A stretch of DNA of 64,000 bases, from NCBI GenBank assembly GCA_965153355.1, contig OZ231126.1, forward strand, positions 21,452,001-21,516,000. The letters run 5' to 3'. How positions within the stretch are numbered: the stretch's first letter is position 1; every line of letters begins with the position of its first letter. This DNA comes from Flaccisagitta enflata. Its lineage: Eukaryota. The position numbers and the translations under genes are program-made. Of this stretch, positions 15,094-27,893 are shown in pieces. The notes below the pieces were generated by a model that was not told the DNA's origin, searched no databases, and saw nothing but the letters and a program-made list of their open reading frames with translations.

Positions 15094-15432
15094 CCATATT
15101 TTTTCTTATTAGCGCCCAGGGTGCTTTTGAAATCAGAAAATGACATTTTACCCTCCAAATAGCGGCCCCTTTCAACTAGAAAATATATAGTCATTTAGTG
15201 GTTTTTCCAATGAATGCTTCTTGAAATTTAAGAATTTCAAGAAAAAGTAATATCAAGGGATATTTTTTGCCTGTTTTCCACGTAAGCACTGAAAAAAAGC
15301 ACTGAAAAAAGCTAAATCCCTCTGTGCACAACAATCATTTGCCTCCTAATCTTCTAACAAATCACTGATCTGAGGAGCCAAAAGAGGGGGGGGTGTTAAT
15401 TGGAGGGGGGGCGATAAATGGAAAAAATATGG
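15094..15432. mobile_element. pogo-like MITE
   Basis: CCATATTTTTTCTTATTAGCGCCC ... GGGCGATAAATGGAAAAAATATGG|TA. A related left end occurs at ~60232 (CCGTATTTCTTGTAATTAGCGCCCC). Confidence 0.7.
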
Positions 15433-15691
15433 TACCTTAAGACCTAATTTCATAAATTTTTGAAAAACAAAAGCAAATAGATGATCCAATGATGTCATAG
15501 ATAAATAAACAAACTTAAGAAAAAAATGATTTCAAAGATAAGTTGAAAGGTATAGAATAAATAGATAAATGAATGAATATATAAATAAACAAAAAAATAA
15601 ATGAACAAATAAAGACAAAATAAGTGTTTAAACTCATTTTGATAACTAGTGACAGCAAAAAAATTATATTGATATCTATGTTATTAACATA

Positions 15692-16281
15692 ACTATGGCA
15701 AAAAAAAATTTTGCGGAAAACAAAAACGATGTAAAACCATACTTGACATTATCTGATTTTCATAAAAATTGAACTGAAGCTACAGTATATTGTGTAGATG
15801 GTTGGGTGTAAAAATTATTGAATTCCTCCAATTCTTTTGCGGTAGAGAGCAATTTGAGTAAAAAAAGTGAAGTATTGGAAATTGATGAAAATGAAAGGAA
15901 AACACATTTTCAAATGACAAAGAAAAGAAAAAATGCTCTTATAGCCAGAGTTTTTGGAATTTCCGCATGATCTTTTAGCTGCTACCTCCTGGGTATGTCT
16001 CCAAACTACAGTAAAAAGTTCATGAGCATCGAAGCTTTTTTGTAAGGTTTTATGGAATGAAAATATCACTAAGTATAAAAAGATAATGGGCAAATGAAAT
16101 CTTGACATATTTTTCAAAAATGTTGATTGTGGCTAAACGGTTTGGAGTAAATCCTTGATTTTTTTACAGCATCTTTATGATTATTTGACCTAGTAACGCC
16201 TAAATTTTTATCTAAATCGGCTGATATTTACTCTCATTTTTGGTTGCTCGAAAATCTCTACAAAATTTTTTTTGCCATAGT
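15692..16281. mobile_element. TA-flanked MITE
   Basis: TA|ACTATGGC(A)nTTTTG ... CAAAA(T)nGCCATAGT|TA. Confidence 0.75.
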
Positions 16282-16857
16282 TATTTTCTATTATCTTTTA
16301 TATTTCCTCGTTTTATCCCCTCTCTTTTTTACATGAAAAAACATTTTATATGAGTAGGACAACATTACATTGCAACCAAAAAACTAGAATAAGGACAAGA
16401 GCCTGAGGAGCTCTTACTGGGGTTTACTGCGCACCCTTAACCACTATCCTTAGAATTATCAAAATTCACCTCAGCCCCTACCACAGAGCGGCTTAACAGA
16501 TACAAATCCATCAAGTTACCCCGAGTCAACTTAAATAAATGTGAAATAGCCGAAAATCCCATAAAAGCCGAAAAAGTAAAGTGTGACGGAGGGACCGACC
16601 GACATAGCAGGGTGTAGAGTGGAGGCCGCGATAGAACACGATTTTGGCTTTTCCACTCGGACATACTATCTAGAACATATGTATATCGACAGGCATTTAA
16701 AGCAATAACAATAAAAAGAATAAAAGAATTACATAAAAATCAGTGAGATTCTGAAACTCGAATTTCTGACCAAATGCCGCAAATCGTATCCTTTTAGCTC
16801 AAGCCGTTTAGAAATGACAAGCAAAACAAGATTGATACTCCAATCAAAAAATATGAA

Positions 16858-17444
16858 AACAAGGCCAACACCTATAAGTCGCGTGCAAGACTTAATAATT
16901 ACTTAATTACATAACCACATAACTAAAATGACATTCATTGAATTTAATTGATAAAGGATGACTTAAAATGATTTAGAATGACTTAAAATGACCTGAAATG
17001 ACTTAAAATGACCTAAATTGACTTGAATTGACCTAAAATGTTTAAAATGACCCAGTGACTAAAATGACTTAAATTGACTTAAATTGACTTAAAACGACTT
17101 AAAATGACTTTAAATGACTCTAAATGACTTTAAATGACTTAAATTGACCTAGAAAGACTTAAATTGAACTTAACTGACTTAAATTGACCTAAAATCACTA
17201 AAATGCTGAATTCTATTAGAATAACTCAAATGACTTAAATTGACCTAAACTGACTTTAAATGACCCAAAATGACTTAAACTGATCTAATTTGACTTTAAA
17301 TGACCTAATTTACTTAAAATGAGTTAGTAGGAATAAAACGGATAAAAAAAGTAAAGTGTGACCGACCGACCGACCGACCGACCAACCGACCGACCGACCG
17401 ACGGACAAAGCGGGGTGTAGAGTCGCGTAGCACGCGACTGAAAA
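16858..17444 (-). mobile_element. HINE family A, decamer-array subfamily with an expanded (AAATGACTTA)n array
   Basis: Both termini intact; about 370 bp of 10-mer repeat at 16955-17325. Confidence 0.85.
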
Positions 17445-18104
17445 TTCATCTAGTTTCTTTGCAAGTTACTAAGTCTCTTTTCAGATAGAGTGGAGGTTTT
17501 TTCCACCCCATTTTTGGTCCTCATTACAGCGCCCAACACCTCTGTTGCATTTTCTTGGTTGATTTCAACCTCTCTGAGTCATTAGGATTGCAATGGAAGC
17601 AAAAGGGAGAACATAGGATACACTTGAGAATCTTTTTGAATAAAATTTTATGAGGGAGAGTAATCATGCATTTATTCTCAGCATTTTTTGAAAAATGCTT
17701 AGAAAATCTATATACAGTTTGTTGTTGAACGCCAAAGATGTAATATTAAGTATCTATCATATTTTGGAGGTTGTACTGATAGATTATTCAATCCCTATAC
17801 TGTCGATATACTTATATTCTAGATAGTATGATTAAGGAGTGCTCAATCATGCATACATCTCATTTGTGAAAGGAAAACATTATCAGATAACAACATTTAC
17901 TTCCGTGCCACACCCCATATTTGCATTGAAATGTATAAGGATGAGGATGAGCAAGATAAAACTCCTGTATTTACAATGGAGAAAGGAGGTGTGGCACAGA
18001 AGTAGTTCTTCTTGTCCTAGGTCTCTAAAATTTTAGATTAAGTCTTACTAACCCACCAGAAACACATTGCACATGTGTCACGCCCCTCTTTAACTGAGGT
18101 AGGA

Positions 18105-19805
18105 AGGAAAAAATTCCACAGCATAGCCGCCTATTCAGGGGCGCTATATACATGTAGACGCATGCATCCATGCTCAAAACAAAAAAATTCTGTTGGGAAT
18201 TTCAAAAGAAAATGCCGTAAAATGCCGTAAAAAACCGTAAAAATGACATTTTTGACCATTATATTGGATGAAACTTGCTCAAAACCAGCGGCTCTCGCTA
18301 AATAATGCAGATATGGCACGAATGCACATTTGTGCTTATGTTCAATTGATGCCGTCATCATTAGATGTCATTTTATGCTGTAAAATGCTGTAATATGCCG
18401 TAATATGCCGTTTTTCCACCATTTTTCTGGCACTACCCTTTCTTAAAGCCTGATATTCACTTGACAACTAAAAGCAAATGGGTATCGAAGCCTGTGACAC
18501 ACATATTGTTAAGTTTCAAAACAGAGCACAGAAATTCAGTCACATTGCAAAGCCGTAATAGGCGGAAAATTGCCTTAAACTTTCAAAATTGGCAATTCTT
18601 TAAATGAATTTGCCCAAAAAACTGCTCCACTTGTCAGATGATTACCATTTTATGATGAAATGGCACTAAAATATATTTATGCAAATAAGTTTGTGGGCCT
18701 ATTAACCCAACAAATTGTCAGAAATACCATTTTACAGCAATTTACGACCTTTTACGGGATTTAAAGAAGCCCAAAAATCTTTTAACAGGTCTCACATAAT
18801 TAGGCGGAAAAGTAATATGATCAATATAGATAGTAAAAATGCCCTCAGCATAATGAAATTTGACATGGAGATAGCTAAGACCTAGTATTTTGACGTAGCA
18901 AAGCGATGTTGGCGACTTTCCTGCATCTAGGGCGAGATGGAGGGTGTTTTACCGGAAGTGAGGTGTCAGATTTTTGTTGATTTTTACGGGAAAAATGTCT
19001 GAATGCAGAAGACGTTTACCATTCGTCATTTTAAGAAGATAAAATGCAAAAAAATCGTCATCTATGGTTTAATGCAGTTGGTTGATGCAGGAGAGTCAGT
19101 CACGCAGAAAGAAGGCCGTGTAAGTTGACAACAGCTGAGGAAATGAACGTGAAGTCGAGCGTCAACGATATGAAGAGCGTGTCAATCCCAACTTTGGTTA
19201 CCTTTCGCTTATTAGCATAAATACGTTCATTAGGGGATAGCCGTTTACTTTTTTGGGCATTTTTTGCATTATGTTGATAAAATGAACATAAACTAGTGAT
19301 ATTCATCGCTTGAATTGATTGTATCAACATTTTTAAGGCTCATTTTACCGAGTTATCATCTCTTTCCGCCTAATATTGTGAGACCTGTTATTTGTATTAA
19401 GCTTCTTACATTTTTTTGTCCTAGGCCTCAATACACATTTTCTGTCAGTTAGCATATGAATGTTGCCTAATTTGAGGATAAAAACAGATGATTTCGCAAA
19501 AACGCACTTTAAACAGCATTTTACGGCATAAAATGAAGTACAATAATGACGTCATCGCTTGAATCTTTGCATGAACGCGTCTTAGTGTCATACAGATATT
19601 GTTTGACCTATTGCTGACAAGAGCCGTTTTTGACTGAGTTTAAACCCACAACTCTGTCAAAATTCGTGTTTTAACGGCTTTTTACGGCATTTTACAGCGT
19701 TTTCTCGTAAAAATCCCAACAGAATTTTTTGTCTCAAGCATGGTGATGTACCCCAAGGTGTACTTAGTCAGATAAGACGTGTCACAATGCTGTTGAATTT
19801 TTGGT
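18105..19805. mobile_element. Old foldback-type element with long imperfect inverted arms; exact ends unresolved
   Basis: Inverted block pairs: 18108-18260 with 19650-19802, 18345-18395 with 19510-19557, and 18784-18810 (AACAGGTCTCACATAATTAGGCGGAA) with 19363-19389. Confidence 0.7.
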
Positions 19806-20274
19806 GTAGGAATAAAAATCTCATGATAAAATAGAGAGGTACAGGGATACACATCTTATGTCAACGGTCTTGTGTTCATCATTCAAAGAAGTATTGATTA
19901 ATCTGAAGCGTTTCCAACAAAGCTCAACCTCAATCCTCAATTGGACGCGGCTCGGGTGCAAACTGCACATATTCCAAAGCATCCCATGTGTGCAAATGCC
20001 CCACACATATCCGCATAGGCATCTCACAGTCAAATGCAAGGTCTGTTTTTCCTCGGCGTCCCTAAGATGTCGTCCGCGGGTCTCGAGCCGTGACCTAAAA
20101 AGAGGTCAAAGGTCGTCTTGGACCGATGCCGAGGTCACCGAGAACACAGTCGAGGGTCAGACGCGGCCACAGTTGTCGAATGCAAGACCATCGGCATAAC
20201 TGTGGGCGTGCGTGGACGGATATGGGTTATGGAGCTCATGTTTTCCCCCGATGGTCGTTAGTGGGTGTGTGTTT

Positions 20275-20479
<205 letters not shown>

Positions 20480-20497
20480 AAAAAATTGTATTTTGGT

Positions 20498-20533
<36 letters not shown>

Positions 20534-21423
20534 ACCCGTTTCTAGCTTTTTCATGATTTTCTTTCTCCGACTGTGCTCGAACCGGAGGAAGCGCTTGAAA
20601 GCGAGAATTTTACAATGGTGTTGAAGCGAAAATCTATTTCATCCTCATTTCGAAAATTATATTTTCGAAATGGGGACTATTTAGGACTTCATTCACTGCC
20701 ATGGGCTTAGAATTCATAAGTGCCAACAAGTCATCCAAGGATCGCACATGGTCAGCGGTACCCGATGCCCTGCTTGGAGTGATTAGCTGAATAAGTGGAG
20801 TGAGAGCAGGGCAGCGGCCCCAAAGGGCCGATGTCCTGTAGGACACAGGGGTGAATTTCCATACGTCCTGAGAGGGCATATTTGGGGTAATTTTCCGTGA
20901 TATTCATCCGGAATTTTGCATTTTTTTCCATTTTTTGTCAATTTGCCATGTTATTCAATGGGAATTTGAGGCCTGAGAGGCTGCACACTGGGCCAGATTT
21001 TCAGTAAAGTGCCCTAAACTCAAGCATTATACCTTATTTCAATCGCAATGACTTCCTCTTTCGTTTGAAAATGCGTATTCGACATTCTGATCAGCGGTTA
21101 AGAATTTCATCTATTTGATCTTCTCGAGCGAATTCCAAAATGCGACTGATTTTGCTGAGAGCTCCTGAATCTTTGAGAAGAATCTAAAGGGTCCATCTAT
21201 CCAATCAACTTTGTTTTTGTACAGCATCAATTGCATATTGAGGTCGTCTTTTGGTAAAGCCGTGGATCGAACTACACTCTGTGAATACACGAATGTCTTT
21301 ACCATTGGTGTCGTTACTCATCGCCTAATGATCACCAGCATTCAATTTTTTGTCATTTTGTTCATTCATCTATACGTTTTAATGGATGTCCATATGTATT
21401 TACGTCCATTGTTCGTATCAAGG

Positions 21424-22115
21424 ATTTTTACTCTCGTGCTACGCGACTCTATACCCCGCTTTGCTTGTCCGTCTGTCGGTAGGTCCGTCCATCGGTCCGT
21501 CCATCTGGCGATCCTTCTGTCCGTCTGTCCGTCGATTCGTTGGTCCATTGGTCCGTCCGTCACACTTTACTTTTTTTTAGTTGCGGACACGCAACTCTAT
21601 AAAAGGCTTTGTCCGTCCGTCGGTCCGTCGGTCGGTCCGCTCGTCGGTCCGTTGGTCCGTCAGTCCGTGGACACAAGTCGAAAAGTGAGGAAATGAGCAT
21701 TTTAGATGCTTTTTGTGCATGTGAGTGGGGGACCTGTGGTGTGGATTGGGGTTGGATGCCCCTGCCCACCCGTCCGCAACGATATTGTGACCCCGCATCA
21801 CTTTTTTTCTCTGGCCTCACTGCTCCTGACCTCAAATATGGCCCCTGCCCGCCCGCACGCGACTGGGGTAGCCGTGTATCCAACCTTGTTCAAACTATTA
21901 CGGTGATGTGTAGTTTTTAGTCGCGTGCTACGCGACTCTACACCCCGCTTTGTCGGTCCGTCGGTCCGTCCGTTGGTCCATCCGTCACACTTTACTTTTT
22001 TTTTTGGTTTTTGCGGTCTTTGGCCTCACTGCTCCTGCCCTAGTGATCAAGTGACCTCAAATATGGCCCCTGCCCGCCCGCACGCGACTGGGGTAGCCGT
22101 GTATCCGACCTTGTT
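21424..22115 (+). mobile_element. HINE cluster: family A (21424-21890) interrupted by family C (~21572-21805), followed by a second family A copy (21914-22115)
   Basis: Three 5' hairpin heads and matching 3' ends. The C copy sits in the T-run after GTCACACTTTAC of the first A copy. Confidence 0.85.
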
Positions 22116-22709
22116 CAAACTATTACGGTCATGTGTAGTTTTTTTTTCTTGCCCACGAGACAAGTTCATAGTGTTCTACTGCGTAAATGCCTAAGTACTT
22201 AAGTCTTGCATAGTGCACAAATATCTAATTGCTGGATTTGATCAGCTGTCTGTTGTTATTTTCATTGACTTTTTTTGGTAACTATGTTGCGGTTCTTCTT
22301 GTGGCTGTTATCATTGATATCGTTTCTTTAGTTGTGTACACGCAACTCAAGGTTGGTGTGTTCGTCCATGGGTCGGTTGATTGATCGATTGGTCAGTAAG
22401 TTGTCCTATTTAAGTTGCATTCTTAGTGACCGTATACTAGGGTGTGTCCATGTATTGAGTGGCAAGGAAATACAATTTTTAAGGATTATGCAAATAAAAC
22501 CAAAACAGATATTCCTGAACATTTCCGCCCCTTCCCAACCACCAGCCGAAAAGCAACTAATTAGGGGTCATGTATAAATGTATCCAGTCATGTTGTGCGA
22601 AGGACGAAAGGCCAAAGGAGTCTCGTAATGACGTGTGTTGGCGCAAATAATGATTATGTTAACACTTAACATACAGTTGTATGTGTAAGAGCGATATGGA
22701 GCACACAAC

Positions 22710-23361
22710 CAAGGCCGGGCGATTCGTATTGGGTATTGTATTGTGTTTACAATACTTGTAAGTATTGGGTTTACCCAATTCTGACTATGGGTATTGTTAT
22801 TTTCCCAATACAATACAATATAAAAAAAAATTGTGAAAATAGTGAAACATTGAATAAGAAGATAAATCCAAATAAACAAGTCGGGGAAGATATGATTAGA
22901 AGAAAAAAAATCATGAAATAAAGGTCAAATACACTAGTTAAAACATAAGAAGAGAAAAACAGACATGACCATAGTGAGAAAGAAGAGGATAAATGAGGAG
23001 GATAAGGAGAGATCGATTTTTCAAGAAGTGCAGAAATAGAATTGGGGGAGAAGAAGAGGATGATGTTTGGAGGATGCACACTCGACTGATTCGCGAAGTG
23101 AAATCCTGGGCTTAAATCCATCCTTAAATGGATATCCCTTGATTTAGAGCTTACACATAAGAATTAGTCATAGCGACAAGCAACTTAAAAGTTTAAATCG
23201 AAAGATTTCAACTGAAGGATTTTCATCCGAAAGAAATACTACTTCGCGATTTACAATGAAACAAAGTAAGTGTGGATGAGGAAGATGAAGATGAGAAAAG
23301 ATCGATTTTCCCTCAGATATAGTCATGGGTAAGTAAACTCAAGAGAGAGAGAGAGAAAAGG

Positions 23362-23392
<31 letters not shown>

Positions 23393-23496
23393 CAGAAATA
23401 AGGTTTGGGAGATGAAGAGGATGATGTTTGGAGGATGAGGAAAATGAAAGAAGAGAGAGAGAAAAAGAAAGAACACATACACACATACATATACAT

Positions 23497-23585
<89 letters not shown>

Positions 23586-23893
23586 GAACCAAAGAAAAAA
23601 ATATAAAAAAAACTAAGAAAAAATTTAAAAGAAATAAAAAAAAGTGTTAAGTTAGAAAAAACATTCAATAATTTTTTTGTTTAAGCATATAAAAATTAGG
23701 TAAAATTTGAATCGTTGGCTTATTTAAGATCCGACAAAAATTTTATAGTAAGCGAATAAACGTATTGTTAAATATTGGGTACAATTTTTTAAGATATTGT
23801 ATTGTATTGGTATTGTATTGTATAGGCCCAATACTTCTGAAAATTGTATAGTGTATTGTATTGTTAATGAAAATGCAAAATCGCCCGGGCTTG
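22710..23893. mobile_element. hAT-type non-autonomous element
   Basis: 15-bp TIR CAAGGCCGGGCGATT / AATCGCCCGGGCTTG (14/15 match). Perfect 8-bp TSD CACACAAC at 22702-22709 and 23894-23901. Subterminal GTATT repeats. Confidence 0.9.
23077..23274. mobile_element. Small CAC...GTG MITE with 4-bp TSD (Chapaev-like) nested in the hAT element
   Basis: GATG|CACACT...TCGCGAAGT ... ACTTCGCGA...AGTGTG|GATG. Confidence 0.65.
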
Positions 23894-23914
23894 CACACAA
23901 CTCGCTGATTTAAG

Positions 23915-24010
<96 letters not shown>

Positions 24011-24107
24011 GTTGTTGTTGTGATTATCATTGTCATTGTTTCCGCAGTTGTTTCGTTGTTTGTCTTGCCCACCCTGGGGTAGCCGTGTATCCGGCCTTGT
24101 TTCTGTT

Positions 24108-24165
<58 letters not shown>

Positions 24166-25492
24166 TTATGTTTTGTCGATTGCTAAGTGACTGAAGGAGG
24201 GTCTTCCATAGGTCTGGACGCAAAATCATCTATTTCTGGACATATCTAAACAAACAGTTGAACCCCGCTCAAACGGACCCGCCAGCAACGGATTTCCGCC
24301 TGTAACAGATGCAAATTCATGGTCCTTTCAACTATTTGGCTTTTATATCTTATGTTGTTCCGCCCATGATAGAAACAAGGCCGGATACACGGGCCAAGAC
24401 GGTGCGCCGGGCATTATCAATTCTTAGACCTATCCCTAGCTCCATCAGACCTATCCCGAGCTCTATCAGGCCTATCCTGAGCTCTATCATACCTATCCCG
24501 AGCTCTATCATACCTATCCCGAGCTCTATCAGACCTCTCCCGAGCCAGTCAGACCTCTCCCAAGCCTGTCAGACCTGTCCTCAGCTCTATCAGACTTATC
24601 CCCAGCTCTATCAGACCTATCCCCAGCTCTATCAGACCTATCCCCAGCTCTATCAGACCTATCCCCAGACCTATCAGACCTATCCCCAGACCTATCAGAC
24701 CTATCCCCAGACCTATCCGACCTATTTTAAACAACTTAATATAAAAGAAACTAAGGAAAATTGGTGATGGTTGGAATTTCCGACTCGGAAAGATCTTCAA
24801 AAAATCTTTCATTTGAGTTGTGTCGCGACATTGTCGCTCAAATGGTTTAGAAGCTACAGTAATTTGAAAACACACTATGTTTGCCCTTACGGTGTGTAAG
24901 CGATCATAACATGAAAACAATCTCTTAAAAAACATACTTAACTTTGTCCGATTGAGACAAAAATTGACATGGAGGTACAACATACTTCCCTCTAACAGCT
25001 CCTAAAATTTCATTCAAATCGGACAACTTTTACTATCATTTTCACCATGCAAAAGATTTCAATGTTGGTTTGCAAAACTGTGTTTTGAAGGAATTAGTGA
25101 TTAGGATTCATTAAGTGTTTTGTTTATGAAGATATGGCTAAGAAATCAAAAAATCTAAGACTCTCTTTGAGCCCTTTCAATGATCTATATTTTAGGCTCT
25201 CTTTCAAAGGAGTAATCTGAGTTTCAGCTCAAACTATTCAAAAATAAAAGTTTTTTTAAAAATTGCCTCATTTTTCGGGAATTTGAACAAGGCATAATAA
25301 AATATCATGCAAAAGTCATAGAAAACAATTTCCGATTCTCACAATATTTGAACCGGTATCAAAAGACAAACAAGTTAGACATCATTTAAAATTTCAAGGC
25401 AATCGGACAAAGTCTACTATCATTTCAGCAGCAATGAAATTATTAGCATACTGCTTTTTATGATACACCGTAGGGGTGAAAAAAGTATAGTG

Positions 25493-26709
25493 TTTTTAGG
25501 TGCGCCACAGCACCTCTATAAGAGGCTCTGTCTGTTGGTTGGTCGGTCACGCTCGAGTTGAAAATCTCGAAAAGAAGCAAAAGTCAATGGAAATGATTCA
25601 CATATATGCTAGGATGATTTTAAGATGCGCCATAGCATCTCTATAAGAAGCTCTGTCCGTCCGTCCGTCCATCCTTCGGCCACGCTCGAATAAAAAATCG
25701 CTAAAAGTGTTTGAAATCAATAGAAAACTCATTTCGTTCATCATAAATGATACTAATATATCATAAATGGTACTAATATATCATAAATGATACTAATACA
25801 TCATAAATGATATCATGTATATCATATCATATATATCATATATATTATCATATATATCATGTATATCATATATATATAATATATCATATCATATCATATA
25901 TCTTTTCATAAATCATATATATCATATATCATATATCATATCATTTATCATATCATATATCACATCATATGTCACATCATATATCACATCATATATCATA
26001 TCATATATCATATCAAATATCATATCATATATCATATCATATATCATATATCATATCATATATCATATTATATATCATGTCATATATCACATCATATATT
26101 ATGTCATATATCATATCATATATCATATCATATATCCTGTCATACATCCTGTCATATATCCTGTCATATATCATATCATATATCATGTCATATATCATAT
26201 CATATATCATATCATATATCATATCATATCATATATCATATCATATATCATATCATATATCATATCATATATCATATCATATATCATATCATATCATATA
26301 TCATATCATATCATATATAATATCATATATCATATCACATATCATATATCATATCATATATCATATCATATATCATATCATATCATATATCATATCATAT
26401 CATATATCATATCATATATCATATATCATATCATATATCATATCATATATCATATCATATATCATATCATATATCATATCATATCATATCATATATAATA
26501 TCATATATCATATCACATATCATATATCATATCATATAATATCATGTATCAAAGGTTTTGGCAGAAGAGGAGGAAGAAAAAGAATTTGAAGAAGAGGGAA
26601 AAAAGAAGAAAAGAAAAAAGAAGAAGAAGAAAAGAAAAGAAAAGAAAAGAAAGAAAAGAAAAGAAGAGGAGGAGAAGAGGAGGAAAAAGGAGAAGAGAGA
26701 GAGAGAGAA

Positions 26710-26785
<76 letters not shown>

Positions 26786-27508
26786 AATAAATATGCATCA
26801 AAATGTCTCTTTTTTTTTTTTGTGACTGGAATTTTCAGCGAGATATACTTTTTGGTCAGTTAAGGCAGTCAGTAAAGCAAAGATAGATTTCTGCTATGTT
26901 CTTGTAATTAAGTCAATAAAAGCAAAAGATTGGGGTTTCTTTTAAAATTTTGGTGTATTTTCACAAGTGGAATTGGATTTTTCATGTCGGAAGATTTAAA
27001 GGGCAAAATCCTGCTACTCGGAAGGAAAACATTTTTAAGAGGGCTGATCATATCATATATATCATATCATATATATCATATCATATATATCATATCATAT
27101 ATCATACATATCATATATATCATAAATGATAGTAATATAATCACCTACGGTTAGGTCTTATAGAGCTGGGGATAGGTCGGATAGATCTGGTGATAGGTCA
27201 GACAGGTCTTAGGATAGGTCTGATAGAGCTGGTGATAGGTCTGATAGAGCTTGGGAAAGGTCTGATAGAGCTCGGGAGAGGCCTGATAGAGCTCGGGATA
27301 GGTCTCATAGAGCTAGGAATGGTCTGATAGAGCTAGGGATAGGTCTGATGGAGCTAGGGATAGCTATGGATTGATGATGCCCGGCGGGATAGGTCTGATA
27401 GAGCTAGAAATGGTCTGATAGAGCTAGGGATAGGTCTGATGGAGCTAGGGATAGCTATGAATAAATAACGCTCGGCGCACCGTCTTGGCCCGTGTATCCG
27501 GCCTTGTT
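25493..27508 (+). mobile_element. HINE family E (inner copy) with duplicated 5' module, (ATATC)n array and internal filler
   Basis: Starts TTTTT-AGGTGCGCCACAGCACCT-CTATAAGAGG, has a second head at ~25617, and ends GGCGCACCGTCTTGGCCCGTGTATCCGGCCTTGTT. Inserted in a T-run with no TSD. Confidence 0.85.
25810..26545. repeat. (ATATC/ATATATC)n microsatellite inside a HINE
   Basis: Read directly; the array resumes at 27046-27125. Confidence 0.95.
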
Positions 27509-27893
27509 CAAATTAATGTAGCATCTAAACCATTTAAGTGACAATGTTGCGACACAACTCAGATGAAAGATCTTTCCAAGATCTTTCCAACCATCACCAA
27601 TTTTCCTTAGTTTCTTTCAAATTAAGTCGGTTAAAAAAAGTTGTAAAAATCCGCCATTTTTTATGATGCCAAGGTTATAGAGGTGCTATGGCGCACCTAA
27701 AAACTTATGGGTCCAGTCCCTTGAAATCCGTAGAACCAATGATATTGCCTTTGCCCATCTGCAGGCGACAATCCGACTACTTCTTGGTCCGGTTTCTGGT
27801 CTTCATTTACAGTCGCGCGCAGGCAACTTTAGAACTTGCTGTGTTGGTTCATCCGTCTGTCGGTTTGTCCGTAACCAAGTCAAAACGCTAGCG

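Larger units (their letters stand above)
24731..27630. mobile_element. TTAA-flanked long-TIR element (piggyBac-like MITE); right TIR split by a HINE
   Basis: TTAA at 24727-24730 and 27631-27634. Segment 24731-24895 is an inverted copy of 25463-25496 joined to 27509-27630. Confidence 0.7.
24374..27703 (-). mobile_element. HINE family E (outer copy) carrying nested insertions
   Basis: 3' end AACAAGGCCGGATACACGGG at 24374 and 5' end TATAGAGGTGCTATGGCGCACCTAAAAA at ~27676-27703. A 21-bp tandem array lies at 24425-24722. Confidence 0.75.
24255..27735. mobile_element. Split copy of the ~180-bp pogo/Tigger-like MITE (halves 24255-24373 and 27704-27735)
   Basis: The two halves align in order with the intact copy at 42512-42688. 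Confidence 0.65.

Noticed and set aside
21111-21330. Minus-strand ORF, and an ECSSIHGF peptide resembling the DEG/ENaC HG motif in another frame
   Set aside because: No transmembrane segment follows and the frame closes quickly, so this is probably chance.
24374-27508. A single 3.1-kb element with 35-bp perfect TIRs
   Set aside because: The apparent TIRs are the 3' ends of two oppositely oriented HINE copies, each with its own 5' head (25493 and 27703).
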